A stretch of 21,867 nt of DNA from Arcobacter sp. (GCA_965662175.1 CBFIGT010000029.1:1-21867); one strand, 5' to 3'. Counted from the stretch's first letter, positions 1 through 9,539 are shown. Notes: a model not told the origin generated them from the letters alone. Numbers and translations: made by a program.

Positions 1-77
1 TTCTAGCAACGAGAAAAAAACCCTACTTAACAACTTTAGCAAACTCAACAACTCTATTGAGTTTGCTATTAATTAAA
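1..77 (+). repeat. Exact direct repeat, copy 1 (truncated by window start)
   Basis: 1-77 is identical to 2269-2345 (offset 2268); the copies diverge at base 78/2346. Confidence 0.97.
2..76 (+). CDS. 3' end (partial) of an upstream hybrid histidine kinase paralogue (HPt tail)
   Basis: Frame 2 reads SSNEKKTLLNNFSKLNNSIEFAIN* (TAA 74-76), nucleotide-identical to the end of the kinase at 653-2344. Confidence 0.8.
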   Translation, partial: SSNEKKTLLNNFSKLNNSIEFAIN

Positions 78-93
78 CAAAAAAGGAGAAAAA

Positions 94-633
94 ATGAGAG
101 GCGTAGTATTTACAGAATTAATGAAGTTTGTTGAAGACAAACTAGGATTTGACGTTGCTGATAAAATGATTGAGCAATCAAAACTTGATAATGGTGGTGT
201 TTTTACTCAAGGAGGAAATTATCCTTTTCAAGATATGGTTAAACTTTTAACATCTCTTTCTGAAATTACAGGAAAAACTCCTGCTGAACTTTTAGAGATT
301 TTTGGTGAACATCTTTTTTCTGTATTAGTTAAAATTTATGGGAAAAATATAAAAGAGAATGAAACAGCTTTATCTTTTATTGATAGTGTTGAAAACTATG
401 TACATGTTGAAGTTAGAAAACTTTACCCTGATGCTGAATTACCAACTTTTACAACAACATATATAGATGAGGGAAAAATAGTAATTATTTATCAATCAGA
501 TAAAAAACTAGACTCTTTTGCAAAAGGATTAATAAAAGCTTGTGGAGAGTATTTTGAGGAACCTCTTGATATATCTAGTAAAGTTATCTCAGATGCACCT
601 TATCAAGTTGAGTTTACAATTATAAAAATATAA
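94..633 (+). CDS. H-NOX (heme NO-binding, HNOB) protein
   Basis: MRGVVFTEL N-terminus, G-x-Y, FGEHLF, proximal His in HVEVRKLYPDAELP (H104, P117), YxSxK variant of YxSxR, GLIxA. SD AAGGAG upstream. Confidence 0.93.
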   Translation: MRGVVFTELMKFVEDKLGFDVADKMIEQSKLDNGGVFTQGGNYPFQDMVKLLTSLSEITGKTPAELLEIFGEHLFSVLVKIYGKNIKENETALSFIDSVENYVHVEVRKLYPDAELPTFTTTYIDEGKIVIIYQSDKKLDSFAKGLIKACGEYFEEPLDISSKVISDAPYQVEFTIIKI

Positions 634-652
634 ATAAAAGAGATTGAGAGAT

Positions 653-2344
653 ATGGAAGAAAAAAATCCTTGGCAAGTTCGTTTTGAAAGAGAAAGAAAA
701 GCTAGAAAAGCTAGTGAAGAATTACTCGAAAAAAAGAGCTATGAACTTTGGGAAATAAATAAAAATCTTGAAAAAGAGGTTAAAAAAAGAACTGATTCAT
801 TAAATGATGCCCTAATAAAAGCTCAAAATGCTGATAGGGCAAAATCAACATTCTTAGCCAACATGAGTCATGAAATTAGAACACCTTTAAACTCTATTAT
901 TGGTTTCTCTCAAGTTCTCTCTCAATCTTCTGATTTAACACCTAAAAACAACAAGTATGCAAATATTATTGAGTCTTCTGCCAAATCTTTATTAAGCATT
1001 ATTAATGACATCCTTGACATATCTAAAATCGAATCTGGTAATTTTGAAATCTCTTTAAAAGAGACTAATATTAATGAAATTGGGGAGCATGTTTTTGAGC
1101 TATTTACAAATAGAGCTAGTGAAAAAAAGATTGACCTCAAATTCAAAATTGACAAAAATATCCCATCTTGTGTTTTAACTGACGGGGTTAGAATTAGACA
1201 GGTTTTATCTAATTTTATCTCTAATGCTATTAAATTTACACCAGAGCTTGGTAGAATTGATTTTAACATCTCTCTTGTTGAAGCAAAAGAGAACAAGGCT
1301 ACTATTAGATTTTTAATCAAGGATTCTGGAATTGGTATTCCAAATGACAAAATTGAAAACATTTTCAAACCATTTATTCAAGTTGACAACGAGTCTAACA
1401 GACAATATGAGGGTACAGGTTTAGGTCTTAGTATTTGTTCACACATTATTGATTCATTACACTCTAGAATTCAAGTTGAAAGTTCAATTGGTAATGGTTC
1501 TAGTTTTTGGTTTGATTTAGATTTAGAAACTTGTGCTAAAAACCTAAGTAAAAACAAAAAGTCAAAGGCTAATATTTCTAAAAACTTAACATTTAAGGCT
1601 AACATTTTAGTTGCTGAGGACAATCCAGCAAACCAAGAGCTTATCAAATATATTTTAGAAAACTTAAACATCTCATATACTATTGCTTCAAATGGTAAAG
1701 AGGCTGTTGAGTTATTCATTGAAAAGAAAAACTTCGATTTAATTCTTATGGACATCAACATGCCTATACTAGATGGTATTTCAGCATTCAATCAAATAAG
1801 AGAGTACGAAAAAGAGAATAATTTAAAACACACACCTATTTCTGCTTTAACAGCAAATGCTATTAAAGGGGACAAAGAAAAATTCTTAGAGCTTGGAATG
1901 GATTATTATTTAAGCAAACCAATTGATGTTAATGAGTTAAAAATATTTATATCTGAGTATTTTGAACCTAATGAGCAAACAAATTTAGAAGAGGAAAAAG
2001 AGGAAAGCAAGGAGCAAAGTCAAGATTTAGATTTAGAAAAAATAACTGCTGCTTCTGTTGCCAAAAATCTAGGTTTACCTGAGATTATTGGGCAAAAGCT
2101 TCTTGACAAATTCAAAGCTGACATTATGAAAGATTTAGCTGAGCTTAAAGAGTTTATTGAAAATGAAAACAGCAAAGAGATTAAACAAAAAGCACACTAT
2201 ATTAAAAACTCATGTCTAAACATAGGGCTTAGTTTAGCGGTTTCTATTTTACAAGATTTAGAAAGCAATTCTAGCAACGAGAAAAAAACCCTACTTAACA
2301 ACTTTAGCAAACTCAACAACTCTATTGAGTTTGCTATTAATTAA
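653..2344 (+). CDS. Soluble hybrid histidine kinase (HisKA-HATPase-REC-HPt), H-NOX-associated
   Basis: N-terminal coiled coil RERKARKASEELLEKKSYEL typical of H-NOX partner kinases. H-box MSHEIRTPLN, N/G boxes, REC LILMDINMP, HPt AHYIKNS; no TM segment. ATG 653 preferred over the TTG at 644. Confidence 0.92.
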   Translation: MEEKNPWQVRFERERKARKASEELLEKKSYELWEINKNLEKEVKKRTDSLNDALIKAQNADRAKSTFLANMSHEIRTPLNSIIGFSQVLSQSSDLTPKNNKYANIIESSAKSLLSIINDILDISKIESGNFEISLKETNINEIGEHVFELFTNRASEKKIDLKFKIDKNIPSCVLTDGVRIRQVLSNFISNAIKFTPELGRIDFNISLVEAKENKATIRFLIKDSGIGIPNDKIENIFKPFIQVDNESNRQYEGTGLGLSICSHIIDSLHSRIQVESSIGNGSSFWFDLDLETCAKNLSKNKKSKANISKNLTFKANILVAEDNPANQELIKYILENLNISYTIASNGKEAVELFIEKKNFDLILMDINMPILDGISAFNQIREYEKENNLKHTPISALTANAIKGDKEKFLELGMDYYLSKPIDVNELKIFISEYFEPNEQTNLEEEKEESKEQSQDLDLEKITAASVAKNLGLPEIIGQKLLDKFKADIMKDLAELKEFIENENSKEIKQKAHYIKNSCLNIGLSLAVSILQDLESNSSNEKKTLLNNFSKLNNSIEFAIN

Positions 2345-2345
2345 A
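2269..2345 (+). repeat. Exact direct repeat, copy 2
   Basis: Identical to 1-77; covers the last 24 codons, the stop codon and 1 further base. Confidence 0.97.
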
Positions 2346-2347
2346 GA

Positions 2348-3391
2348 CTATTGTGGCTCTTCTTGAAATCTTTTATAAATATCTTTAACTCTATCAATAT
2401 TATCCATAAAGATTTTTACTAGTTTTGGATCAAAATGTTTACCTTTTTCTTCATCAAGTAAATCAATAGCATCCTCAAAAGTCCAAGCATTTTTATAAGG
2501 TCTAACTGAAGTTAAGGCATCAAAAACATCTGCTAAAGCTACAATTCTACCAGAAATTGGAATATCTTCACCAACTAGTTTATTTGGATAACCTGTACCA
2601 TCATATCTTTCATGGTGACTTAAAGAGATTTCAGCACCAAGTTTTAAATATTTACTTTTGCTATCTTTTAATATTTCATGTCCAATAAGAGGATGTTTTT
2701 TCATAACATCATACTCTTCATCATTTAATCTTCCAGCTTTTAATAATACCCTATCAGGTATTCCAACTTTACCAATATCATGAAAAGGAGAAGCATAATA
2801 AATCATATCTTGATACTCTTCATCAAGTCCTGATTCTTTGGCTAATAGTTTTGAATAGTGTGCTACCCTTGCAACATGCTGTGCTGTTTCAGGGTCTTTC
2901 CACTCAGCTGTTTTACCTAAAATTTCTAAAGACTCATGCTCTCTTTCAATAAGTTCAATAGTAGCATTTCTAACCTCTTCCTCAAGTTGTGCTGCTCTAT
3001 TTCTAAGTTTCATCTTAGCACGTCTTAAATCAAGTAAGTTTTTTGTTCTTAGTGTAAACTCTGTTAAATCTAAGGGCTTATTTAAGAAGTCATTTGCTCC
3101 TAATTTAAAAGCATTAACCTTTAGTTCAGTATCATCACCAGCTGCTGTAATCATAATAATTGGAGTATCTTCATTATTTTCTCTAAAACTTTGAATTAAC
3201 TCTAAACCATCTAATTCAGGCATCATATAATCAGTGAAAAGAATATCAACACTGTTATTTTTTAAAAACTCTAATCCCTCAACTGGATTAGAAAAACTTT
3301 TTATTTTTAAATCTATTTGCTCAGAGAATATCTCTATCAACATCAAATTTTGTTCGTTATCATCAATCGAAACAGCTAAAATATCTTCCAT
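2348..3391 (-). CDS. Response regulator with HD-GYP domain (RpfG-like c-di-GMP phosphodiesterase)
   Basis: REC (IDD, TDYMMP, KP), then ETAQH, HDIGK, HHERYDGTGYP, ADVFDALTSVRPYK; catalytic motifs intact. SD AGGAG at 3398-3402 on minus strand. Confidence 0.93.
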   Translation of the reverse strand: MEDILAVSIDDNEQNLMLIEIFSEQIDLKIKSFSNPVEGLEFLKNNSVDILFTDYMMPELDGLELIQSFRENNEDTPIIMITAAGDDTELKVNAFKLGANDFLNKPLDLTEFTLRTKNLLDLRRAKMKLRNRAAQLEEEVRNATIELIEREHESLEILGKTAEWKDPETAQHVARVAHYSKLLAKESGLDEEYQDMIYYASPFHDIGKVGIPDRVLLKAGRLNDEEYDVMKKHPLIGHEILKDSKSKYLKLGAEISLSHHERYDGTGYPNKLVGEDIPISGRIVALADVFDALTSVRPYKNAWTFEDAIDLLDEEKGKHFDPKLVKIFMDNIDRVKDIYKRFQEEPQ

Positions 3392-3408
3392 TAATTTCTC
3401 CTAATATG

Positions 3409-3492
3409 TTATTATATCTAATTAAAATAAAAAGACAATATTTATAATTTTTTAATTAATATTCATAATTAATTAGTTTAAAGATATAATAA
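3409..3492. promoter_or_regulatory. Putative divergent sigma70 promoters
   Basis: AGATATAATAA occurs on + (3482-3492) and on - (3409-3419). Each contains a TATAAT -10 box pointing at the neighbouring gene. Confidence 0.5.
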
Positions 3493-3519
3493 TGTCTATC
3501 TAAACAAATAAGGGAAAAT

Positions 3520-4323
3520 ATGATTTTCATAAAAAAACTATTTACTTTTTTTATACTAATATCTCTGGGCTCTCAACTTTTTGCAAAAGAAGAAAAAGAT
3601 GAATTACTTTTTTATATAGGTATTACTATGATTAATCCTATTTCAAAACTTGCAAAAGAGTTTGAAAAAGAGAATAATTGTAAAATAAAAATACTTCAAG
3701 GTGGAAGTCAAGATTTATATAATAGTATTAAAACAAGTAGAATTGGTGACCTTTATTTACCTGGTTCTATCTCATATAGAAAAAAACATTTAAAAGATGG
3801 CATACTTTTAGATGCTCAATTTGTAGGTTATAATAAATTAGCGATGGTTGTAAAAAAAGGAAATCCTTTAAATATAAAAGCTGATTTAAATGAGTTCACA
3901 AACCCCAAATTAAAAGTAGTTTTAGGAAGTGTTGAGAGTGGAAGTGTTGGAAATGCTTCAAAAAAAGTTTTAACAAAATTTGGAAATTATCAAAAAGCTA
4001 TCTATAATGCTCTATTTTTAGAACCAGATTCAAGAAATTTAACAGCTGCAATTAAAAATAATAAAGCTGATTTAATCCTAAATTGGTATGCAACAACTTT
4101 TTGGGATGATAATTATAACTACGTTGAAGCCATTGAGTTAGATGATGAATACTCAAATAAATCAATTCTTGCTTTAAATTTGTTAAAAACATCAAAAAAT
4201 GTTGAACTTACAAAGAAATTTATGAAATTTGCTTCTTCAAAAAGAGGAAAAGATATATTTTATAATTATGGCTTTTTAAATGATAAAGAGTATAAAAATT
4301 TTGAGAAAGTAGAACTAAAATGA
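3520..4323 (+). CDS. ModA-like periplasmic substrate-binding protein, no adjacent transporter
   Basis: Signal peptide. ModA-like pattern LAKEFEKE..KI...GGS.DL...I....GDLYLPGS, YNKLAMVVKKGNP, ADL, KKFMKF..S..GKDIF..YGF. Confidence 0.8.
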   Translation: MIFIKKLFTFFILISLGSQLFAKEEKDELLFYIGITMINPISKLAKEFEKENNCKIKILQGGSQDLYNSIKTSRIGDLYLPGSISYRKKHLKDGILLDAQFVGYNKLAMVVKKGNPLNIKADLNEFTNPKLKVVLGSVESGSVGNASKKVLTKFGNYQKAIYNALFLEPDSRNLTAAIKNNKADLILNWYATTFWDDNYNYVEAIELDDEYSNKSILALNLLKTSKNVELTKKFMKFASSKRGKDIFYNYGFLNDKEYKNFEKVELK

Positions 4324-7037
4324 ATTTAAAAGATAGTGTACTAAAAAATCTTTTTGTTTTAATGACTGTTTTCATAATTGGATATAGTGGAATTGTAGTT
4401 ATTCACTTATATTTTACAAATATTGTTGCCAATTTAGATAAACAGTTAAAAAATGAACATGCAAGATATAAGGTGGGAGAGTATATTTTAGGTGAAATAA
4501 ACAATATCGAATCAAACTTTTACAAAATGTCTTTACTTGTAAAACTAACAGCAACAGAGCCTATTAAAGAGGATATTGCCCATGAAATTAAAGATATAAA
4601 AAAAGCTATTGATATATTAGAAAATGGGGGAACTTTAAATAATTATATAAAACTAAACTTGGTTGGATTAGAGAAAATCAAAGAAGATATAATATTTATT
4701 CCCCAAGAAAATGTTAAATACTCTTTTGAAGCAATTGATTTAATCCCAAAATTAGCCACTATTGAGAAAAAAGTTTTTGAAATAGACAAAATAATAGAAC
4801 TAAAAAATAAATTTATTTCCAGTGAAGATATGGAAGAGAAGCAAAATATTAGATTTGAAATAGATATATTTTTAAAACAAATTCCACCACTATTTGTAAG
4901 AATGAAAGAGAATGCAAGTAGATTACTTTATGATAGTAAATTAAATACAGAAGACCTCCATAAAAGAATTGATTCTAAAAAAGATTATTACCATATTTTA
5001 GAGGCTATATTAACTATTTTAGTTATAGCAATTGTTATAATTTTAGGATTTATTATCTCTAAACAGATTCAGAAAAAAAGTCAAGATTTGAAATTTGTGA
5101 CAGAAGAGGCTAGAAACTCCGCAATAGAAGCCTCAAATGCAAATAAAGTAAAATCCCAATTTTTAGCAAATATGAGTCACGAAATAAGGACACCACTTAA
5201 TGCCATAATAGGATTTTCAGAGATTTTATCTCAAGCAAACTTAGAGAAAAAAGATAAAGAACAAGCTAATATTATTTTAAAAAGTGCAAAATCTTTGTTA
5301 AATATTATCAATGATATTTTAGATATCTCAAAAGTAGAGAGTGGAAAGTTTGAGATTATTAATGAAAGTTTTGCAACACGAAGATTTTTTGAACAAATTG
5401 TTGAACTATTTTCAGTTAATGCTGAACAAAAAAATATTAGGTTTTTATATAATTTTAGTACACAAATTCCAACTTTTCTAATAGGTGATACAACAAGATT
5501 AAAGCAGGTTTTATCAAATCTATTAAGTAATGCAATAAAATTTACAAGAAATGGCCAACATGTAATATTTACAGTAAAACTCTTGGAGCTTACAGAAAAA
5601 GAAGCACAAATAAAGTTTTCTATAAAAGATGAAGGTATTGGAATTTCAAAAGAGCATCAACAAAATATATTTTTACCTTTTTCTCAAGCTGATAGTTCAA
5701 TATCAAGGGAGTTTGGTGGTACAGGATTAGGACTTGCAATTAGTCACCAAATAATCAAAATGATGGGCTCAGAGATTAAGTTAATAAGTCAAAAAAACAA
5801 AGGAAGTGATTTCTTTTTTCAATTAACATTTCCTTTACCTAAAGATATAAAAAGAACTAACAAAAAATTAAACTACAATTTTCTAGTTACAGCACTTAGT
5901 TTTGATGATGAAAATATTAGATTAAATTTAGTAAATTACCTAGAAGAGCTTGGGCATATTTTAAAACTAGAAGATAGTGCACAAAAAATCAATGAAAGAG
6001 TTGATTTAATATTCTATTTTGGAGAAAAAGAGCTTTTTGAAACTGTAAAAAAAGCTAAAGAAGAGAATGATATAAAAATTGTTTTTGTGGGTAATAGAAT
6101 AAATATTGAAGATAGTAGAATTATTGAAATTACTGATTACTATATTGATGTTCCACTATATGGTTCTAAAATTTTTAATACCATCTCAACAGCTTGTAAT
6201 ATTGACAAAAAAGAGTTAACTGATGAAAAAATCCATAAACAGTTTATTGCGAAAATTTTAGTTGCTGAAGATAATGAAAACAATCAAAGACTTATTCAAA
6301 TCTTACTTGAAAAACTAGGTGTTGTTTGTTTAATCGCTTCAAATGGGGAAGAAGCAATTGAAATGTACAAAAATGAGAATTTTGATTTAGTATTTATGGA
6401 TATAAATATGCCTATTATGGATGGTTTAACAGCTCTTTCAAATATTAAAAAACTAGATAAATATAGAAAACAAAAAACTCCTATTGTAGCCCTAACAGCT
6501 AATACAATCAAAGGGGATAGAGAAAAATATCTAAACTCTGGAATGGATAACTATTTATCTAAACCAATTGCTATGAATGAATTACTTCATATCTTAAATC
6601 TATACTTAGTAGATGACCATTTAGATAAAATATTAATTGAAAGAGATGATAAAGGAAAAGTAAAAAAAGAGATAAACTTTATACCTGAAATAAAAGAGAA
6701 AACTATTCCAAAAGTTGATAAATCAATATATAAAAAAGAGCATACTATAAAACAACTATCTCTACCTGAAAATATTATAGATAGACTTTTAGAAAAATTT
6801 CTCTCTTCTTTAGATAATGACATAAAAAAAATTGAAGATGCAATTGATTTAAAAGATAATAAACTTATTTATGATGCCTGTCACTACTTAAAAGGTCCAA
6901 GTGCTAATTTTGCTATGTTAGGTGCTGTTGAGATTCTTGTGGAGTTTGAAAAAATCGCTAAAGAGAATTTAGATAAAAAGTATGAAATAGAGAAACTAAA
7001 AGAGTATTTCGAAAGAGTAAAAAAAGAGCTTAAATAG
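4320..7037 (+). CDS. Membrane-bound hybrid histidine kinase (2 TM, periplasmic domain, HisKA, HATPase, degenerate REC, REC, HPt)
   Basis: Two hydrophobic helices flank a periplasmic region. MSHEIRTPLN, GGTGLGLAI, LVFMDINMP, ACHYLKG. ATGA overlap with the upstream gene. Confidence 0.92.
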   Translation: MNLKDSVLKNLFVLMTVFIIGYSGIVVIHLYFTNIVANLDKQLKNEHARYKVGEYILGEINNIESNFYKMSLLVKLTATEPIKEDIAHEIKDIKKAIDILENGGTLNNYIKLNLVGLEKIKEDIIFIPQENVKYSFEAIDLIPKLATIEKKVFEIDKIIELKNKFISSEDMEEKQNIRFEIDIFLKQIPPLFVRMKENASRLLYDSKLNTEDLHKRIDSKKDYYHILEAILTILVIAIVIILGFIISKQIQKKSQDLKFVTEEARNSAIEASNANKVKSQFLANMSHEIRTPLNAIIGFSEILSQANLEKKDKEQANIILKSAKSLLNIINDILDISKVESGKFEIINESFATRRFFEQIVELFSVNAEQKNIRFLYNFSTQIPTFLIGDTTRLKQVLSNLLSNAIKFTRNGQHVIFTVKLLELTEKEAQIKFSIKDEGIGISKEHQQNIFLPFSQADSSISREFGGTGLGLAISHQIIKMMGSEIKLISQKNKGSDFFFQLTFPLPKDIKRTNKKLNYNFLVTALSFDDENIRLNLVNYLEELGHILKLEDSAQKINERVDLIFYFGEKELFETVKKAKEENDIKIVFVGNRINIEDSRIIEITDYYIDVPLYGSKIFNTISTACNIDKKELTDEKIHKQFIAKILVAEDNENNQRLIQILLEKLGVVCLIASNGEEAIEMYKNENFDLVFMDINMPIMDGLTALSNIKKLDKYRKQKTPIVALTANTIKGDREKYLNSGMDNYLSKPIAMNELLHILNLYLVDDHLDKILIERDDKGKVKKEINFIPEIKEKTIPKVDKSIYKKEHTIKQLSLPENIIDRLLEKFLSSLDNDIKKIEDAIDLKDNKLIYDACHYLKGPSANFAMLGAVEILVEFEKIAKENLDKKYEIEKLKEYFERVKKELK

Positions 7038-8214
7038 AACAAGCTCTTTTACTCTTTGCAAATCTCAAAATAAGATATCCTAAAATCCCAGATAAAATAG
7101 AACCAATTAAAATAGCTAATCTATCAGTATAAGAGTACATAGTATCATCCATAAATGCTAAAGAATCAATAAATAAACTCATAGTAAAACCAATACCTGT
7201 TAAAACTGATATTCCATATATTTGAAGCCAAGTGGTACATTTTGGAAGTTTTGCTAAGTTTAATTTAACAGCTAATAGTGTAAAAATAAAAACCCCAAAC
7301 TGCTTACCAATAAAAAGTCCAAGTATAATTCCCAAGGGTACACCTTGAGTTAGTTTCTCAAAATCTATCTCTTTTAAATTAACTCCTGCATTTGCAAAGG
7401 CAAACAAAGGTAGTATAAAAAATGCAACCCAATAGTGAAGACTATGTTTTAAATGCCTTCCAGGAGAAAGTCGTTTCTCACCAATCTCTTTAACATCCAT
7501 TGGTATTGCAAATGCTAAAATAATCCCAGCTAATGTAGCATGAACACCTGATTTTAGTACAGTTATCCATAAAATTATTCCCACAATCATATATAATGAG
7601 ATAGTTGTAACTTTTAATCTATTCATCAAAAAAAGTATACACACAATAAACAATCCAATATATAAGGACTCTAAAGATAAATTTGAGGTATAAAAAATAG
7701 CTATTATAATTACAGCACCAATATCATCAATAATTGCTAAAGCCATCAAAAATATTTTTAGTGATAAGGGAACTCTTTTTCCAAGTAGTGATAAAATTCC
7801 CAAAGAAAAAGCAATATCAGTTGCTGTTGGAATAGCCCAACCACTCATTGCTTGGGAGTCTGTATAGTTAAAAAAAGTATATATTAAAGCAGGAACTAAC
7901 ATCCCACCAAAGGCAGCAAAACTAGGTAGTGAAATCTTATCCCAGGAAGATAAGTGTCCACCTAAAATCTCTCTTTTTATCTCTAAACCAACAACTAAAA
8001 AAAATAGTGCCATAAGCCCATCATTTATCCAAAGATAAAGGGGCTTAGTTATTACAAGACTAGATATTGAAAAGTTTACTGATATATGCAAAAAATCATA
8101 ATAGTAGTCAGATAAAGGTGAGTTTCTAAGAATTAATGCAAAAATAGTAATAAAAATAAGAATAATTCCAGATGATGACTCTTTTTTCATAAAACCATTA
8201 ACTAAAACTTTCAT
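7030..8214 (-). CDS. nhaA: Na+/H+ antiporter NhaA
   Basis: WINDGLMALFFLVVGLEIKRE, GWAIPTATDIAF, LAIIDD, SGVHATLAG, GIGFTMSLFI. Confidence 0.96.
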   Translation of the reverse strand: MKVLVNGFMKKESSSGIILIFITIFALILRNSPLSDYYYDFLHISVNFSISSLVITKPLYLWINDGLMALFFLVVGLEIKREILGGHLSSWDKISLPSFAAFGGMLVPALIYTFFNYTDSQAMSGWAIPTATDIAFSLGILSLLGKRVPLSLKIFLMALAIIDDIGAVIIIAIFYTSNLSLESLYIGLFIVCILFLMNRLKVTTISLYMIVGIILWITVLKSGVHATLAGIILAFAIPMDVKEIGEKRLSPGRHLKHSLHYWVAFFILPLFAFANAGVNLKEIDFEKLTQGVPLGIILGLFIGKQFGVFIFTLLAVKLNLAKLPKCTTWLQIYGISVLTGIGFTMSLFIDSLAFMDDTMYSYTDRLAILIGSILSGILGYLILRFAKSKRACSI

Positions 8215-8227
8215 ATTAAATCCCTAT

Positions 8228-9538
8228 TTAATTAACTATTTCTCTAAGCTGATAAGTAATATCACCAGCTCCAACTCCCACAATAATACCCTCATCATAT
8301 GTTTTAACAACTTTGTTATCTTTTATTATATCAAGTTTACACTCTCTAGCCAAAACTTTTTGAGCAAATATAGGATTGTACTGTTTAAACTCTTTTTCAA
8401 AATCTATCTCTAAAATATGCTCCCCAGGTATTGTCCATAAGGGTAAAATAACTAATTCATCACAGCCTTTAAAACACTTTTTAAATCCCTCAAGATTATC
8501 ATATGTTCGGCTATATTTATGTGGTTGCCAAATAATAACTCTTTTTTTAAGATTTTTTAAATTATCATAAAGTTCAACTGATTTTATAGTGGCCTCTATT
8601 TCTGTTGGATGATGTGCATAATCATCAACTAAAACAAATTTATCACATTTTTGTAAAATATCAAATCTCTTTTTGATACCTTTATAGTTTTTTAAATTAA
8701 CCCTAATCTCTTCAACATCAAGCTCATTTAATGCAGCTAATATTGCTAAAGAGGTATTTACAGCAATATGATAACCAAAACCCCAAACTTCAAAGTAACC
8801 TAAGTCTTTTAGTTCAAACTTAGTAAAAGGTTCATCATCTTTTAAAATATATGAAATATTTTTGATATCAACACTTGGATATAAATTTGTAGCATCTTTA
8901 ACATCTAGTTTTTTAATGTGTTCATCTTCTGCATTTATAACTTTATATTTACCTAAAGCTATAAATGTTTTGTATGAGTCATAAAACTTTTCATAATCAT
9001 AATTATAATACTCCATATGTTCAGGTTCAGCATTTGTAACTATTGAACAGTAAGGATTTGATAATATAAAACTAGCATCACTCTCATCAGCTTCAAATGC
9101 TACCAAATCATTTATATATCTAAAGTTTGAGCCAAAATCTTTTGAGATAGCTCCAATAATAGCACTTGAATTCATAATAGAAGCCAAGATTGCTGTTGTT
9201 GTAGATTTCCCATGAGCTCCAGCAACACAATAGTTTTTCTTATCTCCTAAGATTATAGGCAAGGCCTCTTTTCTAGATAGAGTTTTTATTTGCTTTATTC
9301 TTGATTCTATTAACTCAGGATTTTCATCTGTAACAGCAGCTGAATAAATTACTATATCTGGATTTTTTATATTTTGCGCACTTTGTGGAGAATATACAGT
9401 AATTCCCTCACTTTTAAGCTCATTTGTAATAGTAGTCTCTTTCATATCAGAACCACTAACTTCATGCCCATTATATTTTAAAAATCTAGCTAAGGCAGAA
9501 AGGCCAATTCCACCTATTCCTATAAAATGTACTCTCAT
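8228..9538 (-). CDS. murC: UDP-N-acetylmuramate--L-alanine ligase
   Basis: HFIGIGGIGLS, AGAHGKSTTT, EADESD, DDYAHHPTEI, QPHKYSRT, GAGDI. Confidence 0.96.
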   Translation of the reverse strand: MRVHFIGIGGIGLSALARFLKYNGHEVSGSDMKETTITNELKSEGITVYSPQSAQNIKNPDIVIYSAAVTDENPELIESRIKQIKTLSRKEALPIILGDKKNYCVAGAHGKSTTTAILASIMNSSAIIGAISKDFGSNFRYINDLVAFEADESDASFILSNPYCSIVTNAEPEHMEYYNYDYEKFYDSYKTFIALGKYKVINAEDEHIKKLDVKDATNLYPSVDIKNISYILKDDEPFTKFELKDLGYFEVWGFGYHIAVNTSLAILAALNELDVEEIRVNLKNYKGIKKRFDILQKCDKFVLVDDYAHHPTEIEATIKSVELYDNLKNLKKRVIIWQPHKYSRTYDNLEGFKKCFKGCDELVILPLWTIPGEHILEIDFEKEFKQYNPIFAQKVLARECKLDIIKDNKVVKTYDEGIIVGVGAGDITYQLREIVN

Positions 9539-9539
9539 T

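Noticed and set aside
922..1791. Minus-strand ORFs 922-1368 and 1471-1791
   Set aside because: Antisense shadows of the histidine kinase; no motifs.
6296..6823. Minus-strand ORFs 6296-6511 and 6587-6823
   Set aside because: Antisense shadows inside the membrane kinase.
8376..8570. 64-aa plus-strand ORF
   Set aside because: Antisense to murC.
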